From a virus (taxonomy: Duplodnaviria > Heunggongvirae > Uroviricota > Caudoviricetes), in the IMG/VR virus record IMGVR_UViG_2724679293_000007, positions 34,885-98,884 of that record: DNA of 64,000 bases. One strand, written 5' to 3'. Positions 1 to 10,102 of this stretch are shown in pieces. Positions within the stretch are counted from its first letter, which is position 1, and the number at the start of each line of letters is the position of its first letter. The notes under the pieces are model-generated. The model searched no databases. It saw nothing but the letters and a program-made list of their open reading frames with translations, and was not told the DNA's origin. The position numbers and the translations under genes are program-made.

Positions 1-1539
1 TAACGAATTGCTGATACCGAATAATCGGCACCATTTTTTCACGTCGGCAACAGGCATTCGAACAAAATGCGCAAGCACTTGAACAAGCTGTTCATCCTGG
101 GGATCTGTACGGGAAAGCAGCCTGATCAGATGAATAATGTCTTTGATGCCGGATGCCCGATGTAATAGCAAGCTGGTATATGGAGCAACACCGTTGTAAC
201 TACCGCCAGAAGCTGACTCGAAAAGACCGCCAGATATCCCTTGCATACCTTCGTTTTCCAGTTCCTGAGATACTTGGCGAAGGATATCCTGTAACGACAC
301 ATCGCCGCCGCCAAACATATCCCCGAGCGCCTGGCCCTGGTGCTGTAACTCATCATTGATACGTTGCGCCATCAACTTAAAGGCGGTGGCCATACGCTTC
401 GCGCTACGGTTATTCGCGACGATGAACAACGCGAGTGCTTTCACTTCCGGGGCCGTTTCGCTGAACATATCCCCCTGAGCAATAACATCGGTAATATGCT
501 GGCCTGACTCCTTCGATTGCCTTACCAGGTCTACCGCATCTTTCAATGCCGCCAGCGCCTTTTTATCGAGGCTATCCGCTGTCTCAATGCCATCAACAAT
601 AGTTGTCACAGCCTGCTTGTGCGCTTCTCCTGATAAAGCCTGCATCTGGACAAAATCATTGGCTGCCGCATTAAGCGCCGTCAGAACATTACGCATATCC
701 GGATCAGGTTCTTCTGCAACCATCCTTACCAGGCGCGCATCCTTATATGCCTTGGCAAAGATCGCGTTTTGTATACGGTCAACAAGTTGCCGCGTTGGTC
801 GCCCATCTTCCGTTACAAGGCCAGCAGCCTGTGTGGCACCAACTTGCGTCATGAATCCGCGAATAAACGCGTCATTACTGCGGCTAAGCAGATCTCCGCT
901 TTCTGACGGATTAAACAGCGCCATCATCGCCGGTGTTATGCTGTCGGCATCAACAAAAGCCTTTTCACTGGCTGCCATTTCCTGAAGATCAGAAATATTT
1001 GAGTCCTTGGCAAACTGAACGCGGTCAACCTTAGTTAACCGGCGGCGCACCAGTACAGGAGCCGTCATTGATTCAACCTTTTCAGGTCGTATGCCGAATT
1101 CGGTCGCATGTTCAATCAGGTACTCACGATACCGATCCGCATTGCCGTCCTGATAGGCTTTAATGATTCCCATGGTCCGTCCATTACCTGACTCAACGGC
1201 ATTGTCCTCACCAATTATCGGCGCGCCATGGCTGGATAAACCGGAATCGGTAAGCTGAGCAGGCCGCAAATCTTTGGATATCTGGTTAACCTGAAGAAGG
1301 CTGGATGCGCGGGTCCGGTCGCGCGGCTGAAGTTCCTGGGGATAGTCAGGATTAATTTTCCCATCCAGAGTATTGGATACCAAAAGAGCTGAGGCATCGA
1401 CGATATCAAACGCTGTTTTTACCTCGTCTCCCTTCGCTGTCACCACATACGAAACCCGCCCATAATCGGGCAGGTTCTTAAGCAGCTCGATCAGCGTTTC
1501 TATGCTGGTGGCAATTACCACCTGATCGCTTAAGCTCAT
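1..1539 (-). CDS. large Dar-operon virion protein (DdrB-like); ATG near 1537-1539, 3' end beyond left window edge (partial)
   Basis: Own translation of the minus strand from the ATG at ~1539 gives >500 codons without a stop to position 1; not in the ORF track because it is incomplete. Lies downstream of the darA-like gene. Confidence 0.55.
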   Translation of the reverse strand, partial: MSLSDQVVIATSIETLIELLKNLPDYGRVSYVVTAKGDEVKTAFDIVDASALLVSNTLDGKINPDYPQELQPRDRTRASSLLQVNQISKDLRPAQLTDSGLSSHGAPIIGEDNAVESGNGRTMGIIKAYQDGNADRYREYLIEHATEFGIRPEKVESMTAPVLVRRRLTKVDRVQFAKDSNISDLQEMAASEKAFVDADSITPAMMALFNPSESGDLLSRSNDAFIRGFMTQVGATQAAGLVTEDGRPTRQLVDRIQNAIFAKAYKDARLVRMVAEEPDPDMRNVLTALNAAANDFVQMQALSGEAHKQAVTTIVDGIETADSLDKKALAALKDAVDLVRQSKESGQHITDVIAQGDMFSETAPEVKALALFIVANNRSAKRMATAFKLMAQRINDELQHQGQALGDMFGGGDVSLQDILRQVSQELENEGMQGISGGLFESASGGSYNGVAPYTSLLLHRASGIKDIIHLIRLLSRTDPQDEQLVQVLAHFVRMPVADVKKWCRLFGISNSL

Positions 1540-1551
1540 CCCTGTTACGCC

Positions 1552-1917
1552 TTATGCTGCCTCTTCAATGTTGGCGGCTATCCATGCCGCCGTGTGCTGT
1601 TTAACCTGGTCCAGGTCGATGTATGTGCCAACATATTGACTCAAGTCCTGCAAGGTACCGATAAATGCATCTGTGCTCTGATCGACGAATTTATCAGCCA
1701 GGAAATCAGCAACCAGTTTTGGCACACCATCATGTTCCGAAGGTTGTTTTTCCTCGCCACTACCACCGCCGGACGCGCCGTACCCCATCTGTTGCATGAT
1801 CTGGTCAATTTCATCGCTGATATCCAGCAACTCCATGCCACTCGCGGTAGCAGCTTTGGACATCAGAGAATCCAACTTGTCGCTGAGGTCCATTAACTCA
1901 ATAGCTGATAGTGTCAT
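1552..1917 (-). CDS. small acidic protein downstream of darA (DdrA-like)
   Basis: 121-aa ORF, start overlaps darA stop (operon coupling); name by P1 synteny only. Confidence 0.5.
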   Translation of the reverse strand: MTLSAIELMDLSDKLDSLMSKAATASGMELLDISDEIDQIMQQMGYGASGGGSGEEKQPSEHDGVPKLVADFLADKFVDQSTDAFIGTLQDLSQYVGTYIDLDQVKQHTAAWIAANIEEAA

Positions 1918-3833
1918 GCCGCTACCCCCGCTTTCTGGATTGCTACCAGCAGATCAGCCAGGTGGCGAGCAGCGCCATTAACCAGCTCTTCGTTTTCCTC
2001 AAAACGCCCGGCAGCCTGAAGGGCTGCAATCGCTTCCCGGACATTACCCCGGGCGTTACGGATCTCCGCCATGTCAGTGCTTTGCATATCCATCACGTTA
2101 TTGAGATATTCAATGGCTTTATTAGCCTCTGCATCTGCTTCGCTAACCGTTTCATCAGGCTGTGCCGGGGCAGGTTCTGGCTGAGTAATCTCACCGACTT
2201 CGGCCTGCAATGCATTGATCATGCTCTGCACCATTTTCTCGGTGCCAGCGCCCCCCGGAAACGCAATATTGGGGAAAGTTTTTTGAAACTGAGTTTTCAG
2301 CATTACGCGGAACTCGTCTGGTGAGCTGGTGGCCAGCTCCAGAGCTTTTTGTGCATATTTGCCAAACGGACCATTAGTAAGTGTCTTCGCCAGGAAGTCG
2401 AAAGAATCCTCGCGAGGCAATAACTTCAGGTCGTACTCACTCATTTGCTGATCAGAAAGCGGGGTATCGTAAGTAGCAATGCCGTAGCGTGCATATTCAT
2501 AATACGGGTCACCTTCATCAGGGCGCGGCAGAATTGCTTTGTTACCTTCAGGTATTGCGCCAGGGGCCGCCGGACGCATTTGCAGGGCATATCGATATGC
2601 ACCTACAGAGACTTCTGGTTCAGGCGAAGAGCTACCGGTATCCTCCGCTGGTTCAGGTTCGACGTTTTCCGGTTTATGTTCTTCTGGTTGGACCAGGTAT
2701 TCCGATACATTACCCGCTTTATAGGCTTTAAACAGCTTGCCGATCGCATCTGCCATGTCCACACCCTGTATGGATTTAGCCTTGATCATGTACACGCTGC
2801 CATCCGAATCGGTTAACTGGATATACCCTTCGCCGTCCTCAATGAATTGCTTCATTGATGCACCATTACTGAGCGTCACTTCCCCGTTCATATGCATACG
2901 ATTTTTGATACTGGCAAGGCGATCCATCATCGCGCGAGAGTGTCCACCAGTCATCCCTGCAGGAGCAATGGTATCGCGCCCACCAGTGCGATTGAGCTGA
3001 TCAATCTCCGTCTGCAAACGCTCATTCTCTTCATAAAGAGAATCCGCTTCCGATGCAACAGCGTTAATTTTCTGCTCCAGATCTGCCTTCTGCCCTTCTA
3101 CCGCTGCCACCTGATCCACGAGGTCGCTCATGGCATCCTCTTTCTGGTCACTGTCAGCCTGTAGTTGGGTTATTTCATCAACAAGGGCTTTTTTCTTCTT
3201 CTGCGCACGCTGGAATTTTGCCGAGTTTTTCTCTGCAAGGTTGGCAAGTTTCATGGTGACCTGCGCCAGCGTCATATCACGTCCACTCATCGGAGCAACT
3301 GTGTGAGTAACGTCTTTTTTATTCAGTAAGAACTGGAAAGCAACCAGCGTATCGCTATTGGTGATCCGGTTTTCCGCTGTCGGGCTATGAAACAGAATGC
3401 TGATAGTCTGACCATCACTGAGCGGAATAATGGCTGGCAAGACCGGCAGCCCGTTAACGTTACGTGCCCGGCCAATTTCAGCGCCGCCGATCGCGCGCGC
3501 GCCGCTCTGGGCCACATCCCCCGTTTTATCACTCCCCGCAGAGATTCCGGTACCATTCAGCTTCTGGTTCAATGCCCGGACAAATGCCTGCATGGTCCGG
3601 TGTAACTGCAAACGAGTAGAACTAATCGCCTCCAGTAAATCCGTAGCACACCAGTGGATCGGCGTGTCATAGAAGAACGTAGCCTCGATTTCCTCCAGGG
3701 TGTTGGATTCCGTCATCAGATAGCGGTCCTCACCGGCCATTAATGCGCGATATTCATCATCAGTCACTGGCGGGGGAAGCACGTCAAGCCCAGGCTTGAT
3801 CGTCACCCCTTTATTGATATTGAACTGTTCCAT
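1914..3833 (-). CDS. darA: DarA-like antirestriction internal head protein
   Basis: 639-aa ORF with central coiled-coil; position between the lysis genes and the large downstream ORF matches the P1 dar operon; upstream paralog fragment (Hdf) shares a motif (AEKNSAKFQRAQ vs ARKNSAKFQKSL). Confidence 0.65.
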   Translation of the reverse strand: MEQFNINKGVTIKPGLDVLPPPVTDDEYRALMAGEDRYLMTESNTLEEIEATFFYDTPIHWCATDLLEAISSTRLQLHRTMQAFVRALNQKLNGTGISAGSDKTGDVAQSGARAIGGAEIGRARNVNGLPVLPAIIPLSDGQTISILFHSPTAENRITNSDTLVAFQFLLNKKDVTHTVAPMSGRDMTLAQVTMKLANLAEKNSAKFQRAQKKKKALVDEITQLQADSDQKEDAMSDLVDQVAAVEGQKADLEQKINAVASEADSLYEENERLQTEIDQLNRTGGRDTIAPAGMTGGHSRAMMDRLASIKNRMHMNGEVTLSNGASMKQFIEDGEGYIQLTDSDGSVYMIKAKSIQGVDMADAIGKLFKAYKAGNVSEYLVQPEEHKPENVEPEPAEDTGSSSPEPEVSVGAYRYALQMRPAAPGAIPEGNKAILPRPDEGDPYYEYARYGIATYDTPLSDQQMSEYDLKLLPREDSFDFLAKTLTNGPFGKYAQKALELATSSPDEFRVMLKTQFQKTFPNIAFPGGAGTEKMVQSMINALQAEVGEITQPEPAPAQPDETVSEADAEANKAIEYLNNVMDMQSTDMAEIRNARGNVREAIAALQAAGRFEENEELVNGAARHLADLLVAIQKAGVAA

Positions 3834-3834
3834 G

Positions 3835-4446
3835 TTAATTTCCTGCTTTCAGTTGCTTAAGACGGCGTTTGAGTTCGCCATTTCTGGCCTTTTCGTTATT
3901 GAGTCGGCCTGTCTCCTTATCCAGCTTCGCCCGCAAATCAGTGATCTGCTGTTGATTGAAAGACACCGAATTCTGCGCGGACTTATAAGCGGCAACCACC
4001 TGAGCATTCCGCTGTTTTGCTTCTTGCAGGCGCTGAAAGTTGGATTTAACTGCCGGTTTCTTGTCTACCGGATTGGCTACACGCTTCGCTTTGGCGATCA
4101 GTGATTTCTGGAATTTTGCGGAGTTTTTGCGGGCCGCCTGTCCCATGACGGTACCAAGCGTCTTGATATCCGGCGACTGAGCGTTAGGAATAGCTTTTCC
4201 ATTCAGTTTCACAGACGATATATCGCCAGTATCGTTTACCTGTATGGCAAGGATTTGTCCGTCGTTAAGAACCAGCTTTGCGGTTTTAACTTTAACGCCA
4301 TCTTTCGTTGTTGCGCGGTTGCTGGAGTCAACCTCAATTACCGTAACCCCGGTTTTATTGATCGCCGCGATAAGGGATTTCAGCCCCTTTTCATTAACCT
4401 GGTCAAAATCGACCGTTGCATACTTATTTTTCGTCATCTGACACAT
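3835..4446 (-). CDS. hdf: Hdf-like protein (homolog of a DarA segment)
   Basis: 203-aa ORF; internal similarity to the darA product visible by eye; operon position. Confidence 0.6.
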   Translation of the reverse strand: MCQMTKNKYATVDFDQVNEKGLKSLIAAINKTGVTVIEVDSSNRATTKDGVKVKTAKLVLNDGQILAIQVNDTGDISSVKLNGKAIPNAQSPDIKTLGTVMGQAARKNSAKFQKSLIAKAKRVANPVDKKPAVKSNFQRLQEAKQRNAQVVAAYKSAQNSVSFNQQQITDLRAKLDKETGRLNNEKARNGELKRRLKQLKAGN

Positions 4447-4867
4447 CCTGTGCGAGATTTATTACGTAACTTCTGCGGATTTGCTGAGTAACAGGGAAAA
4501 TCCGATACAACGGGTTAATGAACGAGTCGCCATGCGTAACCATGACGTTGAAATGCCACAGTCGCTCTCCTTTACCCATATATTCAGTGGGTATGTACAA
4601 CCATTCACTGTTTTCGCCCTGTTCAGCCGACGTCAGACAACGTTGTTCGCCTTCAATCACTGTCGTCGGCTTCTGAACATCGCGGATCCAATATCTGACC
4701 GTTGCGCCGCGCAAAAACGGGAATTTAGACCGGTATTTGAACGGCACCCGGATGAAACCCGGTTTAATTTCCACATCACCAAGTTCTAAATGCGTGATGT
4801 CCTTGCGTTTTAGCAAATAGCGATCGGCTAAGGCTAACGCAAGAACGCATACACCCCAGCCAATCAT
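4424..4867 (-). CDS. lysis regulator (LydB-like), N-terminal hydrophobic segment
   Basis: 147-aa ORF overlapping the holin-like gene stop; hydrophobic N-terminus MIGWGVCVLALALA; name by synteny. Confidence 0.45.
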   Translation of the reverse strand: MIGWGVCVLALALADRYLLKRKDITHLELGDVEIKPGFIRVPFKYRSKFPFLRGATVRYWIRDVQKPTTVIEGEQRCLTSAEQGENSEWLYIPTEYMGKGERLWHFNVMVTHGDSFINPLYRIFPVTQQIRRSYVINLAQDVSDDEK

Positions 4868-5193
4868 TTCCCGCCTCCCTTTTTCACCAAACTTGTAAGA
4901 ACATTCAGAATGCTATCGATATTCACTCGTTTCATCCCTGAAATCACCTCATGACCGTTATTGCTGGCTATCGTTACCATTAAGTACGTAATTGATAACT
5001 CCCAGCCCTCGTGTTGCCCCAATAGGTACGCCACCGCGCCAGCTGTCACTGCAACAAAGATCTCCGTAACCAATCCCAACAAATTGCCAGACTGGCGACC
5101 GTCTCGGACATCCATCAGGAACGTGCCTATCCCACCAATTACTGAAAGCAGGAGCGCAATAGCAACTGGAGCTAATTCCTGTGTGTCAAGCAC
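4864..5193 (-). CDS. holin-like small membrane protein (LydA-like), GTG start
   Basis: 109 aa with 2-3 predicted TM helices; GTG start preceded by AGGAGGG. Confidence 0.55.
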   Translation of the reverse strand: MLDTQELAPVAIALLLSVIGGIGTFLMDVRDGRQSGNLLGLVTEIFVAVTAGAVAYLLGQHEGWELSITYLMVTIASNNGHEVISGMKRVNIDSILNVLTSLVKKGGGK

Positions 5194-5253
5194 AAGTTCC
5201 CTCCTACGTTGTCAGGAGGTAATGGTATGCAAAGTAACTTCTCATCTGGTTGT

Positions 5254-5538
5254 TCATAATTTGCCAATACATTCGTAAATCAAGTGAAAAACCCATATTT
5301 TGGTTATTCTTAATACAAAATGGCTATTCCAACTACATATCAAAAAAGCAACCACATCCAAAAATGAGTTTCCCCACTGAACTTCTGCAAGACAAAAACC
5401 AACAAAACCACCTTTTATGGCAAGCAGCCATGCTTCAAGCCAATGTAAAAAACATGGCTTATAAGCTCCACGCCTAACTCCAGTAAGAAATAAATAGGTT
5501 CCACTAATAATGGACATTAAAAAAATCAAAATCTGCAT
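5254..5538 (-). CDS. small hydrophobic membrane protein
   Basis: 94-aa ORF in an AT-rich stretch; strong RBS (GGGAGGAG) 4 nt before ATG; hydrophobic throughout. Confidence 0.45.
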   Translation of the reverse strand: MQILIFLMSIISGTYLFLTGVRRGAYKPCFLHWLEAWLLAIKGGFVGFCLAEVQWGNSFLDVVAFLICSWNSHFVLRITKIWVFHLIYECIGKL

Positions 5539-5659
5539 AAGCTCCTCCCGGATCTAACAAAAATCAAGCAGGAACCTATTCAGATTGTTATTTCTGTGCA
5601 TAACGCTTTGTTCTTTAAAATTCGCAGACTCATAAGAACAACGCATTAGAGTAAAAATC

Positions 5660-6220
5660 ATGCTGATCGGCTATGTACGCGTATCAACAAATGAACAAAA
5701 CACTGCTTTGCAACGAAATGCCCTTGAAAGCGCAGGATGTGAGCTAATTTTTGAGGATAAGGCGAGCGGCAAAAAGACTGAACGCCCTGGGCTAAAAAAG
5801 GTTTTGCGTATGCTTTCCAGAGGTGACACCCTGGTCGTATGGAAGTTAGATCGTCTTGGGCGCAGCATGCGTCACTTGGTTGTGCTGGTGGAAGAGCTGC
5901 GTGACAGAGGAATTAATTTCCGGAGTCTCACTGACTCTATCGACACCAGTACACCAATGGGGCGCTTTTTCTTTCACGTAATGGGGGCGCTGGCAGAAAT
6001 GGAACGTGAGCTTATCGTTGAACGTACACGCGCTGGACTTGATGCAGCTCGCGCAGAAGGTCGTATAGGTGGGCGTCGGCCTAAATACCAAGAAGAAACA
6101 TGGCAGCAAATGCGGCGATTGCTCGAGAAGGGCATCCCCCGTAAGCAGGTTGCAATCATCTATGATGTGGCTGTTTCCACGCTTTATAAGAAGTTTCCGG
6201 CGTCATCATTTCAATCCTAA
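5660..6220 (+). CDS. cin: Cin-type serine DNA invertase (Hin/Gin/Pin/Cin family)
   Basis: 186 aa; N-terminal [13 protein letters not shown] with catalytic Ser, resolvase core, C-terminal HTH; immediately followed by a cix-like site and the inverted repeats. Confidence 0.95.
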   Translation: MLIGYVRVSTNEQNTALQRNALESAGCELIFEDKASGKKTERPGLKKVLRMLSRGDTLVVWKLDRLGRSMRHLVVLVEELRDRGINFRSLTDSIDTSTPMGRFFFHVMGALAEMERELIVERTRAGLDAARAEGRIGGRRPKYQEETWQQMRRLLEKGIPRKQVAIIYDVAVSTLYKKFPASSFQS

Positions 6221-6237
6221 ACCTTGGTTTAAGAGAA
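6212..6237. other. cixL-like crossover site (26 bp, imperfect dyad around central TT)
   Basis: caatcctaaacc-tt-ggtttaagagaa overlaps the cin stop; the right half matches the hix/gix/cix half-site family (TTCTCTTAAACC on the other strand). Confidence 0.7.
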
Positions 6238-6804
6238 CTTGGCACAAGCGGTGAAAAGATCCCCCTGTTGAGCACGGCTAACACATGGAGCGCACGCCAG
6301 ACTTTCAACGGTGGGATCACCGGGGCGCTGGCGGGGAACGCCGACACCGCGACGAAATTAAAAACAGCCAGAAACATTAATGGCGTCAGGTTCGATGGTT
6401 CGGCTGACATTAATATCAATACTCTGGTATCTCGCGGTCGCGTAACGGCCCTGGAGGCGAATGCACAGGGAACATCCGGGATTCAGCTGTATGAGGCATA
6501 CAACAATGGCTACCCTTCCCCCTATGGCAATGTGCTTCACCTTAAAGGTGCCACCGCTGCTGGCGAAGGTGAGTTATTCATTGGCTGGAGTGGCACGAGC
6601 GGTGCCCATGCGCCCGTACATATCCGTTCGCGGCGGGATACTGATTCTGCCAACTGGTCTGAATGGGCGCAGGTCTATACGTCAAAAGATTCAATTCCCG
6701 GCGTCAATGCCAAAGGGAATCAGGACACCTCTGGTAATGCGGCTACAGCGACCAAGTTGCAGACAGCATGTACTATCAATGGCGTCTCGTTTGATGGTTC
6801 TAAA
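6226..6804. repeat. left inverted repeat of the invertible segment (~579 bp)
   Basis: Reverse-complement near-identity with 11087..11665; the track ORFs 6461..6832(+) and 11074..11430(-) translate identically over ~116 aa. Confidence 0.85.
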
Positions 6805-7884
6805 GATATTGAACTTAACCCACGGTCTATAGGCACAATCAACTCCACAACAATGTCTTTTAGTGGTGGTGCAGGATGGTTCAAGCTGGCAACTGTAACC
6901 ATGCCGCAGGCAAGTTCTGTTGTTTCAATTACGTTGATTGGTGGCGCGGGATTTAACGTGGGGTCACCTCAACAGGCAGGTATATCTGAACTTGTTTTGC
7001 GTGCAGGTAACGGTAATCCGAAGGGGATTACTGGTGCTTTATGGCAGCGCACATCGGCAGGGTTTACAAATTTTGCGTGGGTCAATACTTCTGGTGACAC
7101 TTACGATATTTACGTTGCTATTGGAAATTATGCGACTGGTGTAAATATTCAATGGGATTATACCAGTAATGCCAGCGTAACGATTCATACTTCACCAGCA
7201 TATTCTGCTAATAAGCCGGAAGGATTAACGGACGGTTCTGTTTATTCGCTGTATATTTCGCCGCATGAACTTTATCCGGTTGGCGCACCGATCCCTTGGC
7301 CATCAGATACCGTTCCGTCTGGTTATGCCCTGATGCAGGGGCAGACTTTTGACAAATCTGCATACCCGAAACTTGCAGCCGCTTATCCGTCAGGTGCGAT
7401 CCCTGATATGCGTAGCTGGACGATTAAGGGCAAGCCCGCCAGTGGTCGTGCAGTATTGTCTCAGGAACAGGACGGCATTAAATCGCACACCCACAGCGCC
7501 AGTGCATCCAGTACGGATTTGGGGACGAAAACCACATCGTCGTTTGATTACGGTACTAAAACGACCAGTTCATTTGATTACGGCACAAAAACTACGAATA
7601 GCGCTGGAAATCATTCACACAATATACCTGTTGGTCACACTGGCGCGGGGAATGGTGTATCAGCCGGTTATAACGCTGCGTTAGGTACTGGTACCACGTC
7701 GAGCGCAGGAGGGCATGCTCACAATGTATATATCGGTGCCCATAACCACACTATCGGCATTGGTGCTCATGCCCATTCTGTCATTATTGGTCCCCACGGA
7801 CACACCATCACCGTTAACGCTACGGGTAACGAAGAAAACACCGTAAAAAACATCGCATTTAACTATATTGTGAGGCTTGCATAA
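6226..7884 (+). CDS. alternative tail-fibre C-terminal cassette Sv' (repeat-encoded common part plus variable end); not fused to the constant S part in this orientation
   Basis: ORF 6268..7884; its first ~179 aa are identical to an internal stretch of the 1003-aa fibre ORF; distal part is Gly/His-rich with short repeats; no upstream promoter or constant region in this orientation. Confidence 0.8.
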   Translation, partial: GLRELGTSGEKIPLLSTANTWSARQTFNGGITGALAGNADTATKLKTARNINGVRFDGSADININTLVSRGRVTALEANAQGTSGIQLYEAYNNGYPSPYGNVLHLKGATAAGEGELFIGWSGTSGAHAPVHIRSRRDTDSANWSEWAQVYTSKDSIPGVNAKGNQDTSGNAATATKLQTACTINGVSFDGSKDIELNPRSIGTINSTTMSFSGGAGWFKLATVTMPQASSVVSITLIGGAGFNVGSPQQAGISELVLRAGNGNPKGITGALWQRTSAGFTNFAWVNTSGDTYDIYVAIGNYATGVNIQWDYTSNASVTIHTSPAYSANKPEGLTDGSVYSLYISPHELYPVGAPIPWPSDTVPSGYALMQGQTFDKSAYPKLAAAYPSGAIPDMRSWTIKGKPASGRAVLSQEQDGIKSHTHSASASSTDLGTKTTSSFDYGTKTTSSFDYGTKTTNSAGNHSHNIPVGHTGAGNGVSAGYNAALGTGTTSSAGGHAHNVYIGAHNHTIGIGAHAHSVIIGPHGHTITVNATGNEENTVKNIAFNYIVRLA

Positions 7885-8462
7885 TGACATTCAGAATGAG
7901 TGAACAATCACGGACCATAAAAATTTATAATCTACTGGCTGGAACCAATGAGTTTATTGGTGAAGGTGATGCATACATTCCACCTCATACAGGTCTGCCT
8001 GCAAACAGTACCGATATTGCCCCGCCAGATATTCCGGCTGGCTTCGTGGCCGTTTTCAACAGTGATGAGGCATCGTGGAATCTCGTTGAAGACCATCGGG
8101 GAAAAACCGTCTATGACGTGGCTTCCGGCGACGCGTTATTTATTTCTGAACTTGGCCCATTACCGGAAAATGTCACCTGGTTATCCCCGGAAGGGGAGTT
8201 TCAGAAGTGGAACGGCACAGCCTGGGTGAAAGATGCAGAAGCAGAAAAACTGTTCCGGATCCGGAAGGCGGAAGAAACAAAAAACAGCCTGATGCAGATG
8301 GCCAGTGAGCATATTGCGCCACTTCAGGATGCCGTAGATTTGGATATTGCGACGGAGGAAGAGGCATCGTTACTGACTGCATGGAAGACATATCGGGTAT
8401 TGTTGAATCGTGTTGATACAGCAGTAGCAGCGGATGTTGAGTGGCCAGTCGCCCCGCAATAA
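7884..8462 (+). CDS. tail fibre assembly chaperone U'
   Basis: 192-aa ORF with ATG overlapping the Sv' stop; position and size typical of the U/U' chaperone. Confidence 0.8.
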   Translation: MTFRMSEQSRTIKIYNLLAGTNEFIGEGDAYIPPHTGLPANSTDIAPPDIPAGFVAVFNSDEASWNLVEDHRGKTVYDVASGDALFISELGPLPENVTWLSPEGEFQKWNGTAWVKDAEAEKLFRIRKAEETKNSLMQMASEHIAPLQDAVDLDIATEEEASLLTAWKTYRVLLNRVDTAVAADVEWPVAPQ

Positions 8463-8467
8463 AAAGA

Positions 8468-8497
8468 TAAAGCCATCGATAGAAATATTGATGGCTT
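8468..8497. terminator. bidirectional hairpin between the convergent U' and acyltransferase genes
   Basis: aaagccatc-N12-gatggcttt with a T-rich tract on either strand. Confidence 0.45.
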
Positions 8498-8505
8498 TAT
8501 GTACT

Positions 8506-9078
8506 CTATTTATACAATACAACACCGCTCTTTTTAGTAATATATGTGCAGTTCGATGGTATATCTTTATTTATAAAAGACATTGCACCTATTTTTACAT
8601 TATCCCCAATTTTACGTGATAATCCAATGATGCAACAATTAGCTCCGATATCAACGTTATTACCAATTTTTACTCTTGAACCAGGCATGTCACCATCTAT
8701 CTGTCCAATGGTAGTATTCTGCCGTAACACCAGATTTTCACCAGCATCAACAGCAAAATGAACAACAATTCCAGCATGATGGGGAATTGTTAACCCTTTT
8801 CCAATATTTGCGCCCAATCCAATTTCACAACCAAATTTGTTAATTATTTTACTGTTTAACTTTTTGGCTGCTTTCTTATGTAATTTATTACCATTAATAT
8901 GCATTTCATTAGCCAATCTCCACCAGAAAAGAAAATTCCGATTGCGCTGCCTCTTCTCTCTTAATAGTCGCCAAACATCCATTTTTTCACGCCTGATGAC
9001 TTCAGCCATCCAATAGCTCAATAGAGCTTTTGAATTCCCAAAGATGACAAAGTGAATAGCTATTAAGTAACATAACAT
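8506..9078 (-). CDS. hexapeptide-repeat (left-handed beta-helix) acyltransferase, serine/sugar O-acetyltransferase-like; start uncertain (M1, M24 or M33)
   Basis: Imperfect hexapeptide repeats ...IGLGANIGKGLTIPHHAGIVVHFAVDAGENLVL...IGNNVDIGANCCIIGL...IGDNVKIGAMSFI...; markedly AT-rich with a ~490 bp AT-rich leader. Confidence 0.8.
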   Translation of the reverse strand: MLCYLIAIHFVIFGNSKALLSYWMAEVIRREKMDVWRLLREKRQRNRNFLFWWRLANEMHINGNKLHKKAAKKLNSKIINKFGCEIGLGANIGKGLTIPHHAGIVVHFAVDAGENLVLRQNTTIGQIDGDMPGSRVKIGNNVDIGANCCIIGLSRKIGDNVKIGAMSFINKDIPSNCTYITKKSGVVLYK

Positions 9079-9566
9079 ATTGCAATTGCCTATATTTTTG
9101 GTTTCTATGGTTATATATCGACATTATAATTAAAACAATAAGCATCAGTGTGTTACTGCGTTCCTGCTAAACTAAACCAACGCACAATGTAAACACAAAT
9201 ATTAATTTTAAACTGAGCACTAAAGGGATGTCAATATTGTATTGATAATAAGTTGCAAGATTGCCACTACTTTCTATATTTTGGGATGCAATAATTTATA
9301 TTTTATCTATTCAGTGTTTCTTTGGGCTTATTAAGGATGTCATTATTAATTTATGGCTTGCCATTTCTATACATATCTATTAAAAATTTTGATTTGTCTA
9401 TTGAAAATAGATTTAATTGATTGGTTTAATTTTTACATGACGCTCTTTAATATAACTTCAGGTATATTAAAGCACATGCATTATATCCAGAGAAAATCAA
9501 CAAAATTGTTAGCCCTTATTTGTTGGGCTTATAGATATTAATTAAGGCCCGATCCCGGGCCTTTCC

Positions 9567-10100
9567 TCATTCCGGTTTTTCTGGAAACGTTACTGGCAGG
9601 ATGGAGGTATCTGTAGATTCGACTTTCTGCGCATATAGCATCCACTCGGTTAATTTCTGTTTATTCTCATCGGAAATGATGCCCAGCCGTAGCTGTGAGT
9701 CCCACAGTTGGGTTTTATCCCTGACAAGTTGCAACAGGCTTTGCTTTTCATTCTCTGCCTGCTGCCTCTGTTCTTCCTCGGTGTAAGTTCGCTTTATCAC
9801 TACGCCATCTTTGAACATCCATTTACCCGAAATATCAGCCCGGCGATTTGCTGTAATATCAGGTAATTCAACGACGCTTGCGCCTTCCGGATTAATTGCT
9901 GAAACATCCTTTTCAATACAAATAATAACGCCGTTACGGTCATAGACCATTTTCAATGTGTCTGGCTGGAAATTCTTTTGTTCCTCATACCAGTTTTTTC
10001 CATCATCTGAATAAAGCCATTTGATGTTAAATTGCTTTGTTAGCTGGTATTGCTCTTTTGTTTTAGGGTTGCCAGCAGTAATTTTTTTTAAGTGCATCAT
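9567..10100 (-). CDS. tail fibre assembly chaperone U
   Basis: 177-aa ORF starting 2 nt after the fibre gene stop. Confidence 0.85.
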   Translation of the reverse strand: MMHLKKITAGNPKTKEQYQLTKQFNIKWLYSDDGKNWYEEQKNFQPDTLKMVYDRNGVIICIEKDVSAINPEGASVVELPDITANRRADISGKWMFKDGVVIKRTYTEEEQRQQAENEKQSLLQLVRDKTQLWDSQLRLGIISDENKQKLTEWMLYAQKVESTDTSILPVTFPEKPE

Positions 10101-10102
10101 CG

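Noticed and set aside
2445-3605. Plus-strand ORFs nested inside darA (2445..2816, 2489..2731, 2737..3000, 3387..3605 and similar)
   Set aside because: Entirely embedded antisense to a long, well-supported gene; no RBS; typical spurious frames in GC-rich coding DNA.
5660-5800. Attempt to place the Fis-dependent recombinational enhancer inside the 5' part of cin
   Set aside because: Expected from the Hin/Gin/Cin paradigm, but I could not identify convincing Fis sites by eye; left unannotated.
6461-6832. Pair of identical ~118-aa ORFs (6461..6832 plus, 11074..11430 minus) that look like a duplicated gene
   Set aside because: They are out-of-frame readings of the two inverted-repeat copies inside the tail-fibre coding sequence; identical only because the DNA is repeated.
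9353-9541. 62-aa plus-strand ORF in the AT-rich leader of the acyltransferase
   Set aside because: Low-complexity Leu/Ile/Tyr-rich translation of AT-rich DNA, no RBS; more likely promoter/leader sequence.
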